Shown here piece after piece: positions 54,000 through 64,000 of a stretch of 64,000 nt of DNA. Origin of the DNA: Camelus ferus (Eukaryota); assembly GCF_009834535.1 (NCBI RefSeq), contig NC_045707.1:49044001-49108000 (forward strand). Direction: 5' to 3'. Each line of letters starts with the position of its first letter. The stretch's first letter is position 1. Made by a program: the position numbers and the translations under genes. The notes below the pieces were generated by a model. The model had not been told where the DNA came from. It saw only the letters and a program-made list of their open reading frames with translations, and made no database searches.

Positions 54000-54345
54000 C
54001 ACTAAATAAGTAAACATATACTAAATACCAAGTACTTTGATAAACTCTTTGCATTTATTATCTCATTTAATCCTTACAGCAACCTTACAGGATAAGTATT
54101 ATGATTACATCTTTTTAACAGTTGACAATACTGAGACACAGAGCAGGTAAGTATCAGTCGTTTACAATGCCTGGAAGTGCTACTCACATTCTTAAGAATA
54201 CACTATTCAATAGAATGTGAATTTTACCCTCTGGTATTATACAAAGAACAGCCCTACCAAGATGACGGCTGGTAAGAGAAAGAAACTAGAGTTGAATCCA
54301 TATAATTGAAGTTTTGAATCTATATTCTTAAATACTTTACCCATC
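54000..54345 (-). mobile_element. MIR relic with ~100 bp internal interruption
   Basis: ttatctcatttaatccttacagcaacctta...acagttgacaatactgagacacagagcaggtaagta [interruption] ccaagatgacggctggtaag...agttgaatcc. Confidence 0.75.
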
Positions 54346-54884
54346 CTAGAAAGTATTGCTATTCTAGAAATCCAATTTTATTTTTTTGATAAAAACATCA
54401 TTATAAAACGATAGCCTAAAAGACAAGTACTTAACAAAAAACTGTGAAATTTATCCTAATATCAGCATAATATTCTTGCTGGGAATGTTTTTATTAAAAA
54501 ATTCATTTATAGCTTACAGTATAATCAAAGTTTACTCTGATGTTCATAAGACTTTAATGAATAAACATTAGCATGAGTAGGTTGACTCAAATGTGCCACT
54601 CATTAGGGCTAGAAGGCATAACTAATTCACAAGAATAAAAAATTCCCATCATGACAGAATGTTATTTATCAATCACTGATACTGAAAAGAGATCAATACT
54701 GATTATCAATAGAGACTTGAATTTAAAAAGTTTATATATACCAGAAAAAGTACAAAGTGGGCAAATAAAAATTTAAGAAAAGCATTTTATAATTTGAAGC
54801 TGACATAAATATTGTATCTTATTAATTTAACTACCCTTGACAATTGCTACAAATATTCATCCACATCAACAGTACTGTAAGTGT

Positions 54885-55210
54885 ATGTAATGCAGATACT
54901 GCTGATTGCTCAATATCTGCTGAATACTAGATGTTCATAATGGACTGGATTTTGTTTGAGGTGTCAATAGCCTGCTTAAAACAAACAAGCAAAAAACCTG
55001 CTTCTTGACTCACTTACAAATAGAGGTGGTCATACAATGTATTTCTGGGTTAATAAACCATAAGAGGATTTATTCCAAGAAAGCACCACTTCTTCCTACT
55101 TCCTCTCCTTTCTTCCTGTATGACTATGGTTAAGTGCCATGCTTAGAGTTGGAACAACCATTTTGTAATCTTAAGGATAAAAGTCAGACAATAAGGGTAA
55201 CAGAACAGCC
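54885..55210 (+). mobile_element. ERVL LTR relic (LTR16-like)
   Basis: cttacaaatagaggtggtcatacaatgtatttctgg...ttcttcctg...ggaacaaccattttgtaatcttaaggataaaagtca. Confidence 0.5.
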
Positions 55211-56651
55211 TAAAACAGTCCTAACTGACATAGGACACAAAGGAAAACCAGAAGAGAACAGAGTACTGATTAGATTAGATGATGAACTTAGGAAGTAGTG
55301 TCAATAGATCCTATCTTGCTAACGCACAGTGCTGTGGAAAGGCTGAGTCAGGGCCCTGGGTTCTTCTGTTTATAAGTAATACAACATTTGACAAGATAGT
55401 GCACTTCTCCATGACTTTTATTATGTCTCAAATCAAGAAGTTAATCTCAATAACTTATTTTTAACTGAGAAGATGGAAGGTCAAAAGTTCTAGGTTGTGG
55501 TTTTATATTGCATATTCAATATTATGTTCTTATAGTTCCCAACATAAATTACGTATATTAAACCTGACAACCTCTATACCAGTTTAAATAAGAAAACATA
55601 TTCCAGTGAGTATCAATAAAAAGCAGCAAATACCACATGGAAGAGCTATCATACTCTGTGAGAGAGCACATTTTAAATTTATCAGAAGAAGATACAGCCT
55701 ATAGTACCCTGAACCGTTGTTCAGATTGGTTTTTAAGGGGGTTTTAAAATTCCATCATTTTGTAGGTAATGATCAACATCACAGTGTAGTTAGTGATGGA
55801 GCTGGAAAATTGTTTTTTATGTCATAGCTCTAAGTTTTTTTCTCTGCCTACTATATTTATGTATTCATTTATAATAATGTTAGTCTTTACAGTTGGATTC
55901 AGAACATAATGTGAATAGAGGAAAATTTGGAAATTAGTCCTTGAAAATTTAAATAAGGAATTTCTCTATTTCTCTTTGCCTTTTACATTTTATAGAGCTG
56001 GTATGGTATATTTTTGTTTAAGAACTTAGAAGTAGACTAATATAAAAGTTGAGGCCTGGATTCTTTATAGATATGACCTTGCATTTCTCTACGAAAGTCC
56101 TTCTTTATGTGTTTTTCAATATACTCTCAAATTTTTACAGCCCAGTCTAATAACTGTCACATAAGGCTTAGAGGAAATATGGGCATATATAACCAACAAT
56201 CTGGGAATAGTGGCTTTGATTTCAGATGAGTTTCAAAAGCTCTTTTGTTCACATGTAGATATTATGCAGTATATGATATGCCTTCTCTCAACTTCACAGT
56301 AAATATTAATGAAAATATACAAAATGACTGAAATGTCAAAAACTGAAAACAACAGAGTAAATTAAATTTAAAGTAAAACTATTTGGTAAAGTCCAGGGAT
56401 CCATTCTTACTTAGTGCATATCAATGGTGATGTGTTGAGAAATACGTCCTTGGAATATGACTCAGCATATCTCCACTCTCTAAATTAGAACACTGCAGAG
56501 AACCACCTCTCTCCCTACCTGATCCATCTCCCCAAACTAAAAAAGAGAGAGCGGTAATGAAAAAGATACTGATCTCAGTACTATTTGTTGACCCCTTCAG
56601 TTTCATGGCACACAAAATTGTCACTCTTACTCCAAATGCTCAGGGACAAAC

Positions 56652-57123
56652 TGTTGACTTAAAGAAAAATAAACACCATTTAAGAGTTGTGAGTTTGTTT
56701 CATTAAGGAACTTACTGAAGACTACAGCCATGGAGACAACTCTGAGGAACTGCTCTGAACAGGTAGGAGAGGAACCAGTATATATATGAATTTGGAGGGG
56801 TAGGAAATACATGCAGTCAAGCATGCATTTTGTTAGAAGATTATTGCTAATCACAAAGAACAGATACTTCAAGTTAATGATTTTAGTGCTTTTTTATGTA
56901 TGGGAAGATGCAAGAATCCGGATCATCAAAATTCTTCCTGCAATACGCACTTAACTATCTAGAGGCCCTTTCTCCAAAGCACAGAGCACCTCATCTTGTT
57001 TTTTCCCCCCTGAATTCCCTTCCAGATACACTGCACATGGGTAACTGCAATGGGTTGCAACTTAACCCTTCAGAACTGAATAATGAGCAACCCTCTTTGT
57101 TCCTTTTTTTTTTTTTTTTCACA
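56652..57123 (-). mobile_element. ERV1-class solo LTR (cetartiodactyl type)
   Basis: tgttgacttaaag...aagagttgtgagtt...cttactgaagactacagcc...ctctgaggaactgctc...gtatgggaagatgcaagaatc...caca; TG..CA termini, no clean TSD. Confidence 0.8.
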
Positions 57124-57365
57124 TATCTTTGCAGAGAGAGCCAGTCACTCGCCTCCACTTCCATTAGCTGTTCTCTGCCTGGATTCCTTCAGTGAAACAA
57201 TTCTCAGTAGGTGACATAATGGGAAATAGGATATAAGACACAGAAACGCATTGTAACATGTGATGCTAAATAGCCAAAGAAGAAAATTGTTGTCAGGGAA
57301 GAAAATTAGGAAGCACACCAAAAGCACAGTATGCTTCGGGGTGTAGTGTTTCACATCTTTACTCT

Positions 57366-57953
57366 TGCAGTATCGGCCCTAACAGCTGGTTTTTGTTTTT
57401 CATAATGCAAGTGCCCGACTTAAGCTCTGATTCCTGATGCATCCACTTCAAAGAGGTATCCACTTCAAAAATAGCTGTCTTTAATAAACACACTGTCAGC
57501 CACATGACTAGATAAAGATTCAGCCACAACCCCACCACCACCCTCTGCAGGTTCCTTCATTTGTAAGATCTCTGTCGATTTCGATTACTGACTATTGGGG
57601 CTACTTGTTTTTCCCTCTTCTTGTATTTTAAATTCCCATTCTTGTTCATCAACAAAGAGTGAGCACGTGAGACCCTAAGTTCATCAACAAAGAGTGAGCC
57701 TGTGAAACCCTAAGCCCCTATCCTTGACCCTAGTAAAAGCAGAACCCCAGGCTCATAGGTATACTTTCTCTCTCCCTACAATCTTGCTGTGTGGCCCCAG
57801 GTGTACCACGTAATTTTCAGGACTTGTAAGTAATAAAACTTGTCTCTTTCAAAGTTTCCTAATGGTGATTGCTGAGGGCATCTTGCAATCATAGTAAGAA
57901 CCACAAGGACCGGGTCAACCATAACACTAGCTATAGGTAGGCTGAGACCAACA
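57366..57953 (+). mobile_element. ERV-class solo LTR with internal 35-bp duplication
   Basis: gtaagtaataaaac poly(A) signal, end gctgagaccaaca, GC-richer than flanks; the 5' boundary is uncertain. Confidence 0.7.
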
Positions 57954-58690
57954 TGAAATAGTTCTATAGACAATAACAGGATATCTCCCAGGTCAGAGTA
58001 CCAGCATGAGATTGAATCTCAGTCCATCAGCGCCACTTTCAACAAGTCTCTACTGGATGTTACAAAGTGAGTTAGGATCCTTGTGCATCAGCCTGCCCTC
58101 CTAGTCTAGATCTGATTGGAGACCTCTGCAGACCCCTAGAGTGGAGTAAGTATGCAGTGAAGGGGCTGAAAGTCTCAGCTCCACCAAATTCTAGCCCTAG
58201 AGTCTTCACACCCACACCCAAGGGTAACTGAACAGTCAACAAATAAGCAAAGCAAACAAATGAAATGAGGCCTTAGAAAAGGCAAGAACTCTCATAAAGA
58301 ATAAGAGTAAGAGCTTAATTTTGAAAACTGTTTTCTGAAAGAAATAAAGAGGACATTTAGAATGAAAATTTAGAACATCAAGTGCATGTTCTCTCAAGAC
58401 ACAAGAAAGATTGGAATGTATGAAAAAGAAACGTAAGTCAACAAGTGGAGACAGGGCTGAAAGTTGGTCATTCAACAAATATTCATTGTGATGTAGGAGA
58501 CAGACACACAAACACACAACTTAATTATAAACAGTTCAGACTTATTTCTAAAAATAGTACAAGAAATTATAATATGGAACTGTTGCTAAAGAACACAATT
58601 GATGCTGCAGAGGGTCAATTCGGAGGAAGTGCAAAGGAAAAGGACAAAGACATAAGAGCAAGGAAAGAAAATGGAAATGAAAAGCAGTTT

Positions 58691-58783
58691 GTTTTTTTTT
58701 TTAATGAAGGTCCTGGGGATTGAACCCAGGACCCCTTGTGTATGCTAAGTATGCACTCTACCACTGAGCTATACACTTCCCCC
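58691..58783 (-). mobile_element. tRNA-derived SINE (camelid Vic-1-like)
   Basis: Reverse complement reads ggggg..gtgtatagctcagtggtagagtgcat...cctgggttcaatccccag plus poly(A); near-TSD aagcagttt/aaacagttt with tttt/aa endonuclease-type site. Confidence 0.92.
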
Positions 58784-60719
58784 TTAAACAGTTTTAACCT
58801 AAATATCTGCAAACTTTAATCAGAAAACAAAATCTTCAGATGAAACAGAACAAATTAAAAGAGAATCCATCTGTAGGAAAAGAAAAAAAATGTCTAGACA
58901 GGGTAACTGTAATTCCTAAAAACAGAAATAAGGCTCACATATCCTGATAATTTTATCTTTTAATTTTAAGGCTACCAAAAAATATTCTGTATTAACCCAT
59001 AAAAGGATTCTCCAATTGAACAGGCTTCTAACCTAAAAGTTGCATCTCAGCATCCCATTACCCTTTTCTCATGAGTGATGGCATTGACCTGATTTGTTTT
59101 CTTTATCTTACAAAGAGAACAGAGGGCATAAAGACCTAAATGGCAAGATTAAATGGTCAATTAGCAGCAGAGCTGAGATTACATGCCTGATTCAAATGAA
59201 CACCTATTTGAAAAATTTTCCACAACATGCAATCCTTTCTTCCTTGTTTACTATAAATCTGTTCAGCAAACACTTTTGCACATGTAATCTACTTCACCCA
59301 GCTGATTCTTCCAAAATAAAAAATATAAATGAAGAGGAAGGAGAATGGTATAATAGGCCTTTGATAAAGGACAAAAAGACTAACTTTTCCCACTTTTGTT
59401 ATTCTTAATTTAGTGAGTTTCCCATACAGGCAACTTTAATGTTTTATGTCTATCGTAAATACTCACAAATTTGTAAATGACATGGCTAATTTGTTAAAAC
59501 ACTTGAATCATAAGAACAATTGACTGAAAATTATATTGGCCAGCGCACTCACTTCCAATTAAAGTCAAAGTATGCACTATAAGATTTTTGTTATTCTCTT
59601 TGAGGAAATTACTTTAAAATGATTATTTCTATACACTTCACTCCAAACAACAATGAATAATCTGAAACATCACACAAAAGAGCCCACCATAATTCCTGCC
59701 ATGTAGTCAATGCTCAACAGTTGTTTAATTTCCACTTGTGATTTAGTAGATGAAATATCTTGTGACATAGCTAATTCACTGCTTAAAATTGCACTCATTT
59801 GTGGGAAATCTGGGAGTGAGTGAGAAGAGTCTTTGAGGGATACTCTATTCATATCTTCTAACAGAGTATCTTCAACTCATTGTTTTCCAGATGGAGTGAA
59901 ATAATGCACCATATTGTTCCTGTCTCACAGGTGCAAATAGTAACACATTGTAACTACTGTTAATTTATTTATTTTTCATCTCTTCTAATGAAGATCATCA
60001 AGCTCCCCCATAAGTGATCCGTCATAGAGTTTATCTTCGTGAAACCAACAGATATTAGAATCTTAGGGGGAAAAGCATTACATTTACCTCTGGTAAGAAT
60101 AGGTGGAAACTGTCATCTGTTTCATAATTTTTTTTTCATAAAAATTTCTGGTGTATTTAAATTTTACTTTCTCCTTCTAATAAAAGAATCAGCATGCATT
60201 GATATGAACTAAGAAATAGTAATAAATAAGAGCAATTTGAGCTTGTTCTTATTTGGTTCCTATTCCCTTATCCTTGGTTTGTTTTTCTTTGGTTTCTTAA
60301 TTTTACAGAGGATTTTTGCTAACTAAATAGAATAGAACAAGTGTTACTTTACAAATTCACAGCCAATATTTTCACTGTATTCTGTGTATGTGTGTGTTTT
60401 TACAGTTCATCATGATACTTTATTTTAATAATGCTGGAAAGTCAAAAAATTTGAAAATAAGACATCTTTACTCTTAAGAGTAAAGATAATACAAAAAATC
60501 ATCCCATGACAAATTAATTTTTAAAAAGCAGATTTTAGATGATTAGGTACAGCATGATCCCACTTCGTGAAATAAAAATTGCCTCCCATATAACACATAC
60601 ATCCATTTGTATACCTATATATATTGGGTTGCATGTATATGATCTATATAATTATAGGATAAATTCCTTAAATCACATTTTACTTTTAGGTTACAAGCCA
60701 CCATATACACCTAGTATTC

Positions 60720-61885
60720 CTATTAAATTTCTGGTTCCTTATTCTTGTTTTCCTTTGCTAGTTTCTCTACTCCTTCCATTGTCTAAACTTTAAAGTCTGC
60801 TGAAGATCTGTTCTTAGATTTGTTCTCATGTCATGTACAAAAACTTCCTTGGTAATTGCATACACTTTTCATCTTTAAATACCATCTAAATGCTGATGAC
60901 CTCCAGTCTTACAGCTTCATTCTAGATCTTTTCTTCCCAGACTCAAAACTCATATCCAACTGCTTACCTCCCCCTCCCACCTGAATGATACAAAATCATC
61001 TCAAAGTTACCATGTCTAAAATTGCACTTCTGATTCTTAAACCAACCCAAACTTGCTCTAACAGTCACCTTATTTTACTTTATGACAATTCTGTCTTTCC
61101 AGTTTTTTTTAGACTTCAAAGTTTGACCTAACCCTATTTGTTCCATACCCCACATCGAAACAATTAACAAATTGCTGGTTTTCCCTTCAAATTATACTCA
61201 AAATTCAATTACTAGAATTCCTAGGACTACACTAGTTCAAATCCATTTCTCGCCCAAATTACTGAAAAATTTTTGTTTATCTGAATCACCCTTTGGCCCC
61301 CCTTTACTCTTTTTTTCAGCACAGCCCTCATGACCCCTTAAAATTAGACTTATATTATTTCAGTTTTCCTCAAACTCTGCCAAAATACTTTTTATCTACT
61401 TTAGATAAAACTCGAAAGTACCTACTTTGACATATATTCTCAGCCCACACCCACCACACACTCACCTGCTAATAATACTTTTTTTTTTTTTTTTTTTTAC
61501 TGTTACCTTCTACTCCAGCCACACACGTGTTCTTACTGTCCTCAAAAATTTAGGTCACACTCTCAACTGAGAGCCTTTATTCTTTTTATTCCATCTGCCT
61601 GGAATGTTCTTTTCCAGAAGTTTGCATGATTTGATGTTCCTCAAGTTTTCCCAGCCACACAATCTAAAATTTCAGTATGTACTCCCCTAACACTTTCTAT
61701 TCCCCTCCTAATGTTATGTTTCTTTTTACTATTTATTATTATTTCTACTTTTATTTGTATGTTTTCTCAATCAAAATACAAGCTTCATGGAGGCAGACAA
61801 TTTTTTTGTTTGCTTGTTTACTTCTGTATCCTCAGGGCTTATAACAGTTCCGAGTACATGGTGTTTGGTAAACACTAAAAATTAA
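60720..61885 (+). mobile_element. L2 LINE 3' portion
   Basis: tttaaataccatctaaatgctgatgac...catatccaactgcttac...catctcaaagttaccatgtctaaaattg...ctccagccacac...tctgcctggaatgttctt...aagcttcatggaggcag...ctgtatcctcagggctt. Confidence 0.85.
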
Positions 61886-62939
61886 TTTTTTCAGGCAATA
61901 GGATTGGAAGAATAAAGGAGAAAACATTCAGTTCTTTTTCACAACATTTTAAAGAATAAGATTATGGGTGAATTTTTTTTTTCCTTTATTTTTCTGTTTT
62001 TGTTTCAAAAATAGTATGATGCAAAACTTCTTTGTGGTAAAACTGGAAGTTCTAATAACATTTTTCCCATTGGTTGATAATATCAAAATTTAGGGTCTAA
62101 ATACTTATTATTCTTGTCAGATCATCTTCTCATAGATCCCAAAATGGAAAGCATTGTTAATTGCTTCAGTATGACTTATTGCTGTAATTCAGGACAACTT
62201 GGCTGATGTGATGATTTATTTGTACCAAGCTAAGGAGATTTCATATCAGGCCCATTTACAAGTAGAGACTGCATTAGAGGAGCAAGGCAGTAAGTAGGCT
62301 GTATAGGAAGGAGTTCAAAAAAGAGCCATGGGATGGAAAAGGCAGCTGTGCAATATTCAGAATTTCAGGTAAATAAAATAAATATTAGAAGGAGGAAACT
62401 AATGACCATGGATAGGGGGCCTTGCTTTGCACTGGAATTTAGATGAAAGGCTTCTATGTACATTTATAGGAATCTGAAAAAGCTACCTAGGTCCCCAGAT
62501 GCAACTGGGACATAGTGGAAGTTGGCAACTTACTGAAATCAGAATGTGTAGCAGTGACCAAAGCCCAGAAACCTAAATCTTAGTGATGCTCATACTAATG
62601 GCTGAGATAGAAGACTCAGGCTCTGAAATAAGGCATTAGAGTACTATTAGCACAAAAGGATGAAATTTTGTTAATGCAGAAACATAGTAGTCAGCACAGG
62701 GATTAAATGCCCCTACTCAATGACTAGGGATCCAAAGTAGGAATGCAGTTGTCACTTATGGACACAGTACCTTGGGTCGTCTAGAGTTTGAGGTAGAGAC
62801 CGTCTGTTCTGCCTCATGTCTGCACTGGCCTGCACCCTCACAGGGTGAGGATGACATGGGATCAAAGGAAACTAGCAAAGTAGTTTATCTTTTTTGTTTA
62901 AACACTGTTTTGTTTTTTTTTTTCACTGTAACAAATTAT

Positions 62940-63065
62940 CTGCATTCTTTCATTCAACCAATAGTTACTTGATTGCTTCTTAAATGTTACTCTGAGCCAG
63001 ATACTGTCAAGCAAGCAATAAGTAAGATAGACTTAGTCCATGCCCTCAAGTCCTTGCTTTAGTTG
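62940..63065 (-). mobile_element. L2 3' tail
   Basis: ttcattcaacca...tgagccagatactgt...taagatagacttagtccatgccctcaag. Confidence 0.7.
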
Positions 63066-63314
63066 TAACTTCCGTAATTTATTATCCTATATGGAATGAA
63101 AATTTAAAATATTCTTTTACTCTGATGCTCATTCTATCTTGAAACATTTTTATATTTCAATCTGACATGAAATGCATTTAGAGGGATTTTTAACGGACTG
63201 AGGAACTGCCCAATGGTCAGAGGGCTCTTTCCTTCTGTTAACAGTCTGGGGTCATTCTAGTTCTAAGTGGTCACACACTCACAGTTGGAAGGGGTGCTAA
63301 TTATTTTCTAGATG

Positions 63315-63455
63315 AACCTCCTCATTTTATATGTCTGAGGCCCAGAGAAGATATAACATGCCAAAATTTATGTAAAAAAAAAAATAGTCATCTCAGCCAG
63401 GATTAGAATGGGAATCTCCTGATATCATAGATGAATGCATTTTCTCCCATGGTGC
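63315..63455 (-). mobile_element. MIR relic
   Basis: ctcattttatatgtctgaggcccagagaag...agccaggattagaatgggaatctcctga. Confidence 0.65.
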
Positions 63456-64000
63456 TGCCTAACAGGCTTCATACTAAAAGCCACATCTTAAAATCTGTGT
63501 TTGTCAATCACATCAGTACACACCCTGCCATTCCCTTTAAATTAGAGCCTTCATGTTATTTCTCTAGGAAAAATGTCTTTCATTTACTTGGTATTTCAAC
63601 ACATAAAAGGAACTGCTGAGAAAGAAAATGAGACCACTGAAAGCTATTAAAAATAAAGAAAAAAATTATGCTATACATTTCAACATGAGACATCAAAGTT
63701 TGTAGTTAGTATTTGTATATTAAAAAAAATGTTGGCACAGTTAAAAAGGAGATTTTTTTTTTCAAAATCGAAAGACTTTGGATAGAAAAGTTGTTTGAGT
63801 AAAAGATCAATTGTGTTCACAGGTACATCACTTATCATTTTTCCTCTGTTTTCATTAGTCAGAAATATTTCTACGTGAGAATCAGAAAAATCTGAAGAAA
63901 ATTGGTGTGGGAAAAGGGGAGTGGAGAGGCAGGCACCTCTTTGCTTAACTGGCCATTGGTATAGTTCTCTGTTGGTTATTGGTGTTCCTGCTGGCAAACA

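Noticed and set aside
57644..57713. 35-bp direct repeats as a CRISPR-like array
   Set aside because: Only two adjacent copies with no spacer, inside a mammalian LTR.
63680..63997. 105-aa minus-strand ORF at the window edge
   Set aside because: Non-ATG start, no recognisable domain, no convincing splice donor; runs into AT-rich sequence.

Overview
AT-rich, CpG-poor mammalian DNA with no protein-coding exon I can recognise; it reads as a large intron or intergenic stretch made mostly of decayed transposable elements. Two short tRNA-derived SINEs of the Vic-1 type and cetartiodactyl-type L1 3' ends, with no ruminant (Bov-tA/BovB), pig (PRE-1) or primate (Alu) SINEs seen, point to a camelid genome (inference). 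Main content: about 8 ERV1-class solo LTRs clustered in 2.4-15.5 kb (several with intact 4-bp target-site duplications, one multiply nested), L1 fragments of several ages, many L2/MIR relics, a ~2.1 kb hAT (Blackjack-like) transposon fossil, MER3- and Charlie4-like elements, an MLT1 LTR and microsatellites. Almost all listed ORFs are spurious or TE-derived. I found no evidence of a novel biological system; the best leads are a composite TSD-flanked insertion that may be an L1 transduction and a few unassigned splice-bounded exon candidates. Repeat family names come from recalled consensus sequences, not a database search, and boundaries of old repeats are approximate.
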